A stretch of DNA of 24,823 nucleotides from Oligoflexia bacterium (GCA_043732485.1 JAYTHP010000210.1:1-24823), one strand, 5' to 3'; positions 7,266 to 16,121 are shown, numbered from the stretch's first letter. Numbers and translations are program-made. The notes: generated by a model from the sequence alone, not told the origin.

Positions 7266-8255
7266 TCAGACCGCTTTTTTTTTTAGCAGGCGCTTGACGA
7301 TGATTTTTGCCAGATTCTCTGCAAGCAGCGCTTCCATCTGAGGAATGAGCCCCGGGCTCGTGAAATTAAAGTCGGTAATTTTCTCTTCAATCAAATCCAC
7401 TGCCGCAAGCGAAATCCCATGGCGCTGTAAATGCCGCTCCAGGCTTGGGATGATGCGTTTTTTTTCCGTCAGGCTGAGCGTGTGCTTTTCGAGGAGGCTC
7501 CCTTGATCCAGATTGACCCGGAAATCATTTTCCAGCGGGAGTTTCTTGCAGGCGGCTAGGAATTTCCCGCCTGCAAACCAGAGCCTGGTCTCGCCGTCTT
7601 TGATGCCGGGCAGGAATTTTTGCAGCAAGACTGGGGTCTGAAAGTTTTGACTGAGCCTGGCAATCGCTTTTTTTGCTGCTTGGATCTGCTGTGGGGTTCG
7701 CCACTCGAGCCGCTCCACCCCTTTGCTTTGCGCTTCGTGCAGTGGTTTTAAGACCGTGGTTTGATGCGTTTGACCAAACTGTAGTAGGCTTGGCCAATGC
7801 ATGGCAGCCAGGCTTGGGGGTAAGAGTGTTGGAAAATAAAAGGCCTCGGTTTTTTCTAAACGCCCGGTTAAAACTGCCAGCGGGTTGATGAGCGGCAGCG
7901 GCTTCTTGCTGCCAGTGGCAAGCAGCAGCAGGGGTTGCAAGTAATGCAAGTCGACGGGTGGATCGGGACGATAATGGATCTGCGAGAAGTCAGTGAGCGG
8001 GCAGGGTCGGGCGGCGCCAAAGCGAAACTCGCCTGTTGTGGTTTTTTCAAGCAGGGGCCGGGCGTGTAGGCAACTTTGGGTGAGGGTGTTGCCTGCTGCC
8101 GCTGTGATCTGCGGAGTTTGAATCTGGGTTACGGGCGCGAGGCTTTGAGGGATGCCGAGTTTGAGTGCTTCTGTCATCAGGCGTAAGGTCGTGTCGTTGG
8201 GTTGATCGAGCGTGTCCCAAGGGTCGGTGATCCAAAGCCAGTGAGGGGCTTTCAT
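7266..8255 (-). CDS. gshB: Glutathione synthetase-like ATP-grasp ligase (divergent GshB)
   Basis: Likely start ATG 8255 overlaps the ispA stop (ATGA). 'ITDPWDTL...DTTLRLM', 'RPDPP', 'VLKPL', 'QKFLPGIKDGETR', 'FRVNL', 'DFNFTSPG' align with prokaryotic GshB motifs. Confidence 0.82.
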   Translation of the reverse strand: MKAPHWLWITDPWDTLDQPNDTTLRLMTEALKLGIPQSLAPVTQIQTPQITAAAGNTLTQSCLHARPLLEKTTTGEFRFGAARPCPLTDFSQIHYRPDPPVDLHYLQPLLLLATGSKKPLPLINPLAVLTGRLEKTEAFYFPTLLPPSLAAMHWPSLLQFGQTHQTTVLKPLHEAQSKGVERLEWRTPQQIQAAKKAIARLSQNFQTPVLLQKFLPGIKDGETRLWFAGGKFLAACKKLPLENDFRVNLDQGSLLEKHTLSLTEKKRIIPSLERHLQRHGISLAAVDLIEEKITDFNFTSPGLIPQMEALLAENLAKIIVKRLLKKKAV

Positions 8256-9295
8256 GATTGCGGGCCTCCTGCGGGCGGGGTTGGTGTGAGGTAGCCTTCG
8301 GTGATGTGAAAAAAATCCTCTAAGAGTGCTTGCAGGCGTAACACGGCTTGGCTGCGCAAGCTCAGCGCCTGGTCGTCTGGGGTCTGATGGTTTGGGGTCT
8401 GATGACGCGCGGTAGTGCTGGTAGGATGAGCATTCGGGGCAAAGCGACTCAGGGCCAGACGGGCTTGGGTGAGTTCGTCCTTGGCGGCTTGGGCCACGGC
8501 CCGGGGCTTCGTGTAGACGTCCAGCGCATGGGCTCCTCCTGGTGAAGCGCCGTGGTCTTCCAGGTCGTCTATTAGTTGAAAGGCCCGGCCTAAGGATTCG
8601 GTAAAAATCTGCAGCTCGCGCCTGTCGGCGCTTTGCGCCTCTGCCAGTTCGCAAGGCAACTGCGCGCACAGCTCAAACAGCAGTCCGGTTTTTTTGCGAT
8701 GCACCAGGCTGAGCTGGCTTGGGGTGAGAGGTCGAGTCAGCGCTAATTCCAGGGCCTGGCCACCCATCACGCCTGCTGCTCCGGCTGCGCGGCAAAAGCA
8801 CTGAAACGACCGAATCAGGCGTTCAGGCGGCACGGGTAGAGCGTTCGTCGGGTGTGGTTGTTGGAGTAGGGGGGAGAAGAAAACTTCCGCTGCCATCACC
8901 AGCAGCGAATCACCGGCAAGGAGGGCGAGTGCTTCCCCGAATTGCTTATGATTTGACGGCTGGCCACGACGCCAGTCATCGTCATCCATGCACGGTAAAT
9001 CATCATGAATCAGCGTGAAGCAGTGGAAGATTTCTAGCGCCAGGGCAGCAGGCAGCACTTGGGTGGGCTGTAAGCCTAAGGCCTGCCCGATGAGCAGGGT
9101 TAGTTTTGGGCGGATCCTTTTGCCAGGCGCAAGCAGGCTATAAAGCATGGCGTCTTTTAAGGGCGCAGGCACCGCAAAGGCGTCGCTTCCCTGCGTCAGT
9201 GCGTGAAAAACCTGAGCAAGGATGGGATCAAAGTCCTGAGCGATGTCCATTTCCAGCCAAGCAGTGAGTCGTGAGGGGGGTGAGGGTTTCATCAT
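8252..9295 (-). CDS. ispA: Polyprenyl (farnesyl/geranylgeranyl) diphosphate synthase
   Basis: 'GKRIRP', FARM 'LIHDDLPCMDDDDWRRG', 'ALLAGD', 'GGQ', 'KTG', SARM 'FQLIDDLED'. Alternative start at ATG 9250. Confidence 0.93.
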   Translation of the reverse strand: MMKPSPPSRLTAWLEMDIAQDFDPILAQVFHALTQGSDAFAVPAPLKDAMLYSLLAPGKRIRPKLTLLIGQALGLQPTQVLPAALALEIFHCFTLIHDDLPCMDDDDWRRGQPSNHKQFGEALALLAGDSLLVMAAEVFFSPLLQQPHPTNALPVPPERLIRSFQCFCRAAGAAGVMGGQALELALTRPLTPSQLSLVHRKKTGLLFELCAQLPCELAEAQSADRRELQIFTESLGRAFQLIDDLEDHGASPGGAHALDVYTKPRAVAQAAKDELTQARLALSRFAPNAHPTSTTARHQTPNHQTPDDQALSLRSQAVLRLQALLEDFFHITEGYLTPTPPAGGPQS

Positions 9296-9303
9296 GGTGG
9301 GCT

Positions 9304-10467
9304 TTACTGCTTGAGTGGCGCAAACAGCGGGGCTGCAAGCGTGCCTGTCAGTGCAAAAGCGTACTCGCCGCCGCTTGCGCTTTTTCCGTTTTGCAACAGT
9401 GCTTCAAGCAGCGGGACGGCGGTGAGGAGGTTTTTTGATAAATTAAATTTGGTCTTAAGATCTAGGCTGGAGAGATTAACGTTCTTATTCAAGCTCAGCT
9501 CGCCAGTCAGGGTGCCATCTAGGTCACTGGTCACACTGTTTATGCCAAGCCTTGCGCTTTTGAGTAGGGCTTTTCCTGCCTTCAGTTCCAGCTCCAGCTG
9601 TCCATCGCCAAAGCTGAGGCGCGGAACTTGAAAGCCTGCAAGCGTTTGTGCGCCAAGACCAAGCCCGCTGATTTTGCAGTTCAGGCTTGCTGCCGCGTGC
9701 GACAAGTCTTGGGGGTTGCCTTGCCAGGACAGTTGACCTTGTAAGACTCCTGCGGCTTTGACGTTTAGGAAAAAATTGAAAACATCCGCTTGCGCCAGAT
9801 CCCACTGCTCAAGGCTGAGCGACACCCTGCTTTCGCTTTTGCTCGCACTCAGCCAGCCACTTAAACGGCCAGGCGCAAGCTTGAGCAAAGGCGGTGTCGT
9901 CGGCAATGGGGTAGAAGCGGTAGAAATCTTGGTAGAGGCAGTGGTCGCCTGCGGGCTTGCAGTAGCAGGAGGTGACGCGGCAGCAGGTGACGCCGACGAC
10001 ATCGACGTTGCTGCTACTGCTAGAGCCGGTGGAGTGGCCGGAGTAGTAGATTGATGCGTGGCTTGAAAAGACACGGCAAGTGAGCCTCCCAGCAGCAGGC
10101 GCCAAAGCGAGGGAGTGACCGTCAGGCTTTCAAGGGCGAGTTGTTTGCCTTGGCTACGAAACACGGGCTGTGGGATACGGTATTGGATTTGGGGAAAAAA
10201 CCGTAAGCGGGGAGGGTCGCTTTTTAAGCCAATGCCAGCCTGGTTGAGTTGGGCGTGGAGCTGTTTGCTGAGGATCGTTTCCAGGTGGGTGTGAGGAATT
10301 TGCCAGCGTAAAGCGACTAAAAACACCAATACCGCGTAACTGGCCCAGGCCGCCGTTTTGAGCCACTTTTGGGTTCGACTTGGGAGGGCTTGGAAGGAGA
10401 GCATTGCGGGCAGGCGTGGGTTTGGGTTGAGCTTCATGGCGCAGTTTTTCTCCGTCTTGCCTTTCAA
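9304..10467 (-). CDS. gspN: Type II secretion system protein N
   Basis: Follows gspM; single N-terminal TM then a long beta-rich region ending 'FALTGTLAAP'. TTG 10467 overlaps the gspM stop; alternative ATG at 10437. Confidence 0.75.
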   Translation of the reverse strand: MKGKTEKNCAMKLNPNPRLPAMLSFQALPSRTQKWLKTAAWASYAVLVFLVALRWQIPHTHLETILSKQLHAQLNQAGIGLKSDPPRLRFFPQIQYRIPQPVFRSQGKQLALESLTVTPSLWRLLLGGSLAVSFQATHQSTTPATPPALAVAATSMSSASPAAASPPATASPQATTASTKISTASTPLPTTPPLLKLAPGRLSGWLSASKSESRVSLSLEQWDLAQADVFNFFLNVKAAGVLQGQLSWQGNPQDLSHAAASLNCKISGLGLGAQTLAGFQVPRLSFGDGQLELELKAGKALLKSARLGINSVTSDLDGTLTGELSLNKNVNLSSLDLKTKFNLSKNLLTAVPLLEALLQNGKSASGGEYAFALTGTLAAPLFAPLKQ

Positions 10468-11141
10468 GGGTTTGCAGCGAGTAGGGTGAACACCGAGAGG
10501 GCGATTTTGGCATTGAGGTAGCCGTGGGCATCGCTTTGGGTCTCCACTTGCAAGTTTCTGATCTTGACAATGCGCCTACCGGTTTCCAGCTGGAGGGCGT
10601 ACTTGGTGATTTGCTTCAAAGTGACGTGGGTGAGCTGCAAGTCGTAGAGCCTTTCCTTGTACTGGTCGCTGTCAGCGGGGGTCAGCTTCGCCTCGAGGTT
10701 GGGCGTAACGGTGAGATGATCGGTGGGGGTGAGTTGCAGCGGTTGCCCTAACTCCAGCAGATACTCGCTCCAGTTGCCCTCGTTGTCTTTGGCGCTGCCC
10801 AAGTCTGGGGCATGCGGCGTGCTTCCTGTTGCATCACGAATCTCCTCTTGGGCATCTTGCAGTAAGGTGAGCAGTTCCCGTTTTTCCTGAAATTCCCGCT
10901 TGGCCCGCTGCACGCTCCAGCTGATTTTTAGTAAGACAGTCAAGCACAAGAGCAGCAATACGAGTGAGGCGATCCACAAGAAGCTGCGTTTGTTTTGCGG
11001 GTCCCACTCATCCCACTGGGTTTTCAGCTCTTGAAACCAAACTTGTTCTTGCAACCAGTCGAGCAGTTTGGCTTGAGTTTGTGCCCAGCGCGACAAGGTT
11101 GCGTCGCTCTCGTTTGCGGGTGGGATGCGATTATTTGCCAT
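10464..11141 (-). CDS. gspM: Type II secretion system protein M
   Basis: Likely start ATG 11141 overlapping the gspL end. Single TM, coiled coil and ferredoxin-like C-terminus 'LQLTHVTLKQITKYALQLE'; operon position fits. Confidence 0.78.
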   Translation of the reverse strand: MANNRIPPANESDATLSRWAQTQAKLLDWLQEQVWFQELKTQWDEWDPQNKRSFLWIASLVLLLLCLTVLLKISWSVQRAKREFQEKRELLTLLQDAQEEIRDATGSTPHAPDLGSAKDNEGNWSEYLLELGQPLQLTPTDHLTVTPNLEAKLTPADSDQYKERLYDLQLTHVTLKQITKYALQLETGRRIVKIRNLQVETQSDAHGYLNAKIALSVFTLLAANP

Positions 11142-12744
11142 AAACGAGACTCGCAATTTTTCCGGAAAAGGTGCTTTTCCATTTTTTCTCGCCCTGCGGA
11201 GGGTTAATCTCTTCAGCAGGCTTGGGATTGAGCTCCGGGATCTCTTGCTCGATGAGCTTGGCGAGCCTTGCCACTTGCGGGGCATCATTGAGCGCGAACG
11301 TCAGCAGGCCTTCTTGGGTCTGCTCAGGATCAAAGCGTTCGCCCACCGGGGTTCCGACTTGAAAGAGTTCCAGCTCTAGCACTAAATCCTTCGGCAGGGT
11401 GCTTGAGAGGATCCGCAAAAAATGCAGTGGTGAGTTGGCAGCCGAGGTGGTGAGTTTTTTTAGCTCACGTGCGGCTGCCAGTTTGAGTTCGACGGCTTTT
11501 TTCAGGCTGGCCGGGTTAAGCGTGTAATTGTTCAAAGCGCTGTTGGAGAGATCACCAAAGAAGTTTTTGGTGGCAGGCTTGAGTTTCTTTTGCACCTCGT
11601 TTAAGCGTGCTTGGTAAAAAAAGCTTTCAATCAGCATGCTGGAGAGAAACAGCAAGAACAAGGCGCCTGCCGTGCGCAAGGGCGCTTTCAGCTCTTTAAG
11701 CGAGAAGCGACTGGCTTCCCGGGCTTTGGCAAAGTCGCCTCTCCGAAAATTAATGCACAAATGACGCTCGGCGCCTACCCAGGAGAGTGCCAAGCCCATG
11801 GCCAGGCTTAAGCTGGCATCGGTGGTTTCCGAATACGACACGCCCGATTGCGCGGTGCGACTGAGCGCCAGTAAGGGCTGGGTGGGGATCCGGAGTCGCC
11901 TTTCAATCCATTCGCCCAGCCCGGGTAAGAGCGAGCTGCCGCCTGACAGCGAAATCAGCTTGAGCGACTGCAAGGTCAGCGTTTTGCTAATCAAGTTGAG
12001 CTTTAAGATTTCATTGATCAAGAACTGTAAACTACTTAAAAGTTCCGGATCAGGTAGCGGCGTGAGTAAGCCTTGGTCTTTTTTTTGTGCTTCAGCCACC
12101 GCAAGCGTCAGCTTACGCTGGGTGGCAAGCGTTTCCGTGATAGTTTCCCCGCCCCAGTGGGCTTCCCGCATGATCAGGGGGGCTCCTTGCCAGTGCACGT
12201 AAAAAAGCGTACGGCGTGCACCCATGTGGATCAGCAGGTGCGGGGCCGATTGCGCTTCTTGAGGAATCAGACGATTGCACAGCGTGCGAAAGGCCCAGGC
12301 CTCGGTGGTCACCACGTCAGGCTCAATTCCTAACTCATTTAAGTGCAGTAAGTGCTTGGCTAAGTGTTTCTTTAAGCTGACTGCGGCATGCAAGCTGGTG
12401 CGATTTTTTTCCTGGCTGAGAATCGCCATCTCAAAGGCCGCCTCACTGAGCGGAAACGGTAGCTCGTCGTCCAGCTCAAACTGCAAGCTCGAAGTGATCG
12501 CCTTTTTATCGCGCGTCGGGATCTGCAGCTGACGAAAGGTGGTTTGCTGGGTCGGCAGGCTGACGATCAAACGGTCAGGCTTTTTTTGCCGCGAGCTTAA
12601 GAATTGCTGGGTCAGCTGGGCTAGTTGGGTTTCTGGCTCCAGCAGCCACTCATGGTGATCGTAGACCTCGTAACGCCCAAAGGCGCTTTCCAGTTCGAGG
12701 GCTTTAAAGGCTGTAGAGCCGATGTCAAGAGCTAAAATTCGCAT
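11131..12744 (-). CDS. gspL: Type II secretion system protein L with PilM-like actin-fold cytoplasmic domain
   Basis: 'LALDIGSTAFK', 'FELDDELPF', 'WGGETIT', 'LSGGSSLLPGL', then 'INFRR', a TM helix and a periplasmic domain; lies between gspK and gspM. Confidence 0.85.
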   Translation of the reverse strand: MRILALDIGSTAFKALELESAFGRYEVYDHHEWLLEPETQLAQLTQQFLSSRQKKPDRLIVSLPTQQTTFRQLQIPTRDKKAITSSLQFELDDELPFPLSEAAFEMAILSQEKNRTSLHAAVSLKKHLAKHLLHLNELGIEPDVVTTEAWAFRTLCNRLIPQEAQSAPHLLIHMGARRTLFYVHWQGAPLIMREAHWGGETITETLATQRKLTLAVAEAQKKDQGLLTPLPDPELLSSLQFLINEILKLNLISKTLTLQSLKLISLSGGSSLLPGLGEWIERRLRIPTQPLLALSRTAQSGVSYSETTDASLSLAMGLALSWVGAERHLCINFRRGDFAKAREASRFSLKELKAPLRTAGALFLLFLSSMLIESFFYQARLNEVQKKLKPATKNFFGDLSNSALNNYTLNPASLKKAVELKLAAARELKKLTTSAANSPLHFLRILSSTLPKDLVLELELFQVGTPVGERFDPEQTQEGLLTFALNDAPQVARLAKLIEQEIPELNPKPAEEINPPQGEKKWKSTFSGKIASLVYGK

Positions 12745-12759
12745 GTAGGTAATTTTTTC

Positions 12760-14133
12760 CTAAAAAATCTTCATAAAATGAATCCGCAAATTGCCAGTCG
12801 GGGAAGGTGACGGTCCTCCTGCTAGCGGCGTTAAGCTATTTTCGTTCTGGTTCCCGTTTTTTTGAGTGGTGGGATCCTCAAGCGTCACCCACACCTCAAA
12901 GGTCCTGCGTGATTGATTGACTTGTGCTTGGGAGGAAATTTTAAAGCTCACCTCCCCTACCATTAATACTATATTATTTTTTGCTAAAGTTGACTTTAAA
13001 TCAGCGATCGCCTTACTCCCCGCGTAAGCTCCGGTATGTTGAAATAAATAGTCGGAAAATTGGCTCACTGCGCTAAAAGGATGAGGAATTTCCGGGTCAT
13101 CGCGGTAGGTGATCAGGGCTGCTGCTTCCGTCGGGGTGATGAGCGGCAAGAGGGCGAGCAAGGCGGTGGTGGTGATGGCATTGATATTAAGGCCGACCGG
13201 GGGGGCTGCGCTAAAGAGCGGTGCAAACAGCTTGTAAAGCTCGTCGTCCATGAAAGGCAGCAGGTGGAGTTCGGAGACGGAATAAAAAGGAGCCTTTTTC
13301 ATCGGGAGCGGGTCTAAGGTGGTGCCGGTGAAGCGCTGATAATTGAAATCCGACCACCCGGCGATGGCATCGATCAACTCGTCGGTGCGCAAGCCGCGGT
13401 AGGTGTCTGCAAACTCCAGGTCGTCTTGACTTTTTTCCCGGAGGACTTGATCCAGAAAGTCTTTGAGGTTACCACGAGCGGCAGCGGCATCAAAACTCGG
13501 CGCAGGGCTAGGCGGTGGTGGCGGCGGCGGCGGTGGAGGAGGAGGTGTGTTAAAGCCTAGGTCGGATACCCTAGAGCTTGAATCGGGCTGCGGTGAGGCC
13601 TGATAATCGGGCAGCAGTTGGTTAAGGTTGAACTTGTTTGATTCCGAGGTGATCGCAATATGGAGGGGGTCTTCAAAGCCACAATCGCTTTGCAGCTGAT
13701 CGGCTGCCACTAGCCCCGGCTCAGGCGAACTGCCTGCAAAATGGGTGGGGTAGGGCAGGTCAAGCGGGAAATTCCAAATCATTTCAATGGCATTCGGGTC
13801 AATGCCCAGTGATTTCGTCAGCGGGCCGCCTAATTTTTTCAGGTTGATTTGTAGCTGCTGGTAGAGTTTCAGGCGAATGAGCGCCAATTTGACGCCGCTT
13901 TTGGCGTAATAGTGAGCTTTCACTTGATCTAAGGAGCCGTAAGCGCCCAGCTGGCTGACTTGCGCAATGTAGACGAAATCCGTCACTAGCATCGAGAGTA
14001 AGGCGACGGAAGAAAGCACCATGAAGAGGGCGATACCGCGGTTTTGGTGACCAGAACCTGCGGTATCGCCACCTGCTTGTGGGTGGGGATGGTGGTGGTC
14101 TTTTTTTTGCTTAAAAGGTGGTAGGTAAGCCAT
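12760..14133 (-). CDS. gspK: Type II secretion system minor pseudopilin K
   Basis: Likely start ATG 14133. Prepilin-like 'RG|IALFMVL' without Glu5, 'ESNKFNLN', 'PFYSVSELHLLP', 'LNINA'. Confidence 0.88.
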   Translation of the reverse strand: MAYLPPFKQKKDHHHPHPQAGGDTAGSGHQNRGIALFMVLSSVALLSMLVTDFVYIAQVSQLGAYGSLDQVKAHYYAKSGVKLALIRLKLYQQLQINLKKLGGPLTKSLGIDPNAIEMIWNFPLDLPYPTHFAGSSPEPGLVAADQLQSDCGFEDPLHIAITSESNKFNLNQLLPDYQASPQPDSSSRVSDLGFNTPPPPPPPPPPPPSPAPSFDAAAARGNLKDFLDQVLREKSQDDLEFADTYRGLRTDELIDAIAGWSDFNYQRFTGTTLDPLPMKKAPFYSVSELHLLPFMDDELYKLFAPLFSAAPPVGLNINAITTTALLALLPLITPTEAAALITYRDDPEIPHPFSAVSQFSDYLFQHTGAYAGSKAIADLKSTLAKNNIVLMVGEVSFKISSQAQVNQSRRTFEVWVTLEDPTTQKNGNQNENSLTPLAGGPSPSPTGNLRIHFMKIF

Positions 14134-15010
14134 AATAAGGGATTTCCGGCCGAAACTGATATCGACCTTCAAAGAGTTGGTTCTTCGGTCCGATCACATC
14201 CATCACTAATTCAATGGCGTCGGGAATCTGGTTGCGGGTGCCGTCGCGGTCGCTATCCCAGTTGGAGGTAATTTTCCAGGTCAAGCCGTCGCGCTGGTAG
14301 TATTTTAGGTGAAAGGTTTTAATCCCCGATAACAAGCGATAGCTTTTTAAAAAGGGATCATTGTTTTCTTCCACTGCAAAGGCATTGCTACTGGAGGTCT
14401 TCACGAGAGTGAGGCCCGATGAGGGTGTGGCGATACTCAGCGCCGCATTGCCGCCTTTGGTTTCAGAGGGTTTATCGTCAGGCACCAAGCTGTAGGTGAT
14501 TTTCGCAAATTCCGACTCCGCCGTCTCTCGATACATGCGAATGTGCGATAAGGCAATAAAGCTCATTTGCGTGTCCGAGCCGATAAAGCGTGAGGGACGC
14601 AGGCCGCTGCGCTTAATGGCAGGCGCCCAGAAGGTGAAGGTTTGCGATAAATTAGCGGTGGAAGCAAAAAAGACCTGGTCTGCAAGCGAGGTGGGCGGAA
14701 CGTCGGGTGAGGGTTTGGGATAGCGGCTCGCGATTTGTGGTGAGTAGATCAGGCTTAAGTCTTGCCACAAGAGGGTGCTTGCCAGCCTGACGCGGCTGTA
14801 AAAATCCCCTTCGGTCGACAAGATCTCCCGTAAGCGAAAGGTCTGCTGGGTGGCTTGGAAGATGGCAAAAGCAATCCCCACCAGGATGGCAAGCGCGACT
14901 ACCACCTCAAGGAGGGTAAATCCCACAGGCCACACGCGCTGGCGATAAGCCCAGCGCCGGCGCCTATCCTGCTTCTGGTCTTGGGACGATTCACGGGATT
15001 TGTAATTCAT
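14111..15010 (-). CDS. gspJ: Type II secretion system minor pseudopilin J
   Basis: 'G|FTLLEVVVALAIL' prepilin motif; C-terminal 'WDS...IPDAIEL'; operon position fits. Confidence 0.87.
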   Translation of the reverse strand: MNYKSRESSQDQKQDRRRRWAYRQRVWPVGFTLLEVVVALAILVGIAFAIFQATQQTFRLREILSTEGDFYSRVRLASTLLWQDLSLIYSPQIASRYPKPSPDVPPTSLADQVFFASTANLSQTFTFWAPAIKRSGLRPSRFIGSDTQMSFIALSHIRMYRETAESEFAKITYSLVPDDKPSETKGGNAALSIATPSSGLTLVKTSSSNAFAVEENNDPFLKSYRLLSGIKTFHLKYYQRDGLTWKITSNWDSDRDGTRNQIPDAIELVMDVIGPKNQLFEGRYQFRPEIPYYGLPTTF

Positions 15011-15536
15011 AGCTCAAGTCGACCCAAAAAGTTGAGAGCGAAAAAGTTTGCTCCTTCTTACCGTTCATCCACACCACCGTGACGAGCACCCGGCGCACGG
15101 CTTTGGAGAAGAAGTCTTGCGCTTTGCCAAAAATTAAGCTCATGCCAGCACTTTGGCTGCTGTTACTGCTACTAGCACCACTGGCTGGCATCATCGCGGC
15201 GAAATTAGGAAACTGGATCTCTTTGACTTCCGTGCGCCAACGATAATCCTCATAAGGCGCCTCAAACTGGCCTTCGTCTTTGGGTCGCACCTCGCGGAAG
15301 GCCTTGCCTTCAATTAACAGCTCGGTTTTGACCATCAAGTTGCGCGCGAGCATGGCAATCATGTTCATCTGTTTGGCGCGCGCTGAGGCGCGAATGCTAT
15401 CGGCCTCGATGGCCAGGATCGCAGAAAACGCAATCACCATGATGGTCATCGCAATGATCACCTCGAGCAAGGTGAAGCCCGCAGAGTGCACAGACGACGT
15501 CTTAGAAAATTTCTTTAGGCGTGACATAGCGGTCAT
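14991..15536 (-). CDS. gspI: Type II secretion system minor pseudopilin I
   Basis: 'AG|FTLLEVIIAMTI', 'EGQF...YRWRTEV', 'VRRVLVTVVW'. Start is 15536 or 15527. Confidence 0.87.
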   Translation of the reverse strand: MTAMSRLKKFSKTSSVHSAGFTLLEVIIAMTIMVIAFSAILAIEADSIRASARAKQMNMIAMLARNLMVKTELLIEGKAFREVRPKDEGQFEAPYEDYRWRTEVKEIQFPNFAAMMPASGASSSNSSQSAGMSLIFGKAQDFFSKAVRRVLVTVVWMNGKKEQTFSLSTFWVDLSYELQIP

Positions 15537-16116
15537 AAACGTCGGTATCCCCCACGAGCGGGGTGATCACCAAGGAGGTCTGGTGACGGGATTGATCTTT
15601 TAAGTGCACAATGGTCTGCTCCGTTAAGCCGTGCGGGAAAAAATGACTGTAGGCCAGTCCAACGACCAGCGGGTCTTTGCTGACTTCCGTTAAAATATCC
15701 TCATAGACCACGCCCCGCGGTAAACTGATTTTCTTGCGACAAATCGAGGTGTCCATCTGAAAAGCGACCGCAGCGGTGGCAGCAGTGGGCGAGGGCGATG
15801 CTCTTGACGAGGACCCCACCTTGCGCTTGCGAGCTTGTTTTTCCAGGCTTTGTACGCTTTCTAACTCCAGCGTATCAGGACCCGACTCAATCCAATAGGT
15901 TTGCTCGTTTAAGTCATAAACCAAGCGATAAATTTTCCCGGTGATCACCGAAGCACTGTAAGCCGCTTTCACCTGGGTGGCAATATCACGCGTGGCCGCA
16001 TTGAGTGAGACTTGAAAATAGCTAGAAAGTGAGGGCAGCATTACTCCCATCATCATCCCGATGATGCTTAAAACCACCATCAGCTCAATCAGTGTGAAGC
16101 CACGCGATTTTCTCAA
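15502..16116 (-). CDS. gspH: Type II secretion system minor pseudopilin H
   Basis: 'RG|FTLIELMVVLSII', 'FFPHG'; directly follows gspG; TTG start. Confidence 0.85.
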   Translation of the reverse strand: MRKSRGFTLIELMVVLSIIGMMMGVMLPSLSSYFQVSLNAATRDIATQVKAAYSASVITGKIYRLVYDLNEQTYWIESGPDTLELESVQSLEKQARKRKVGSSSRASPSPTAATAAVAFQMDTSICRKKISLPRGVVYEDILTEVSKDPLVVGLAYSHFFPHGLTEQTIVHLKDQSRHQTSLVITPLVGDTDVYDRYVTPKEIF

Positions 16117-16121
16117 GCGAA

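Noticed and set aside
6673..7341. Track ORFs 6673-6912, 6710-7051, 6948-7247 and 7096-7341 as real small genes
   Set aside because: They are frameshifted pieces or antisense shadows of the decayed gshB duplicate.
6754..7733. Diversity-generating retroelement TR/VR pair (gene 3' end plus adjacent non-coding copy)
   Set aside because: Mismatches involve all four bases in both directions, are mostly transitions and include several indels, so they are not adenine-specific. No reverse transcriptase or avd gene is in the window.
8256..8669. 138-aa N-terminal extension of GshB in the ORF track
   Set aside because: It overlaps ispA in another frame and is Arg/Pro-rich; GshB homology begins at ATG 8255, which is coupled to the ispA stop.
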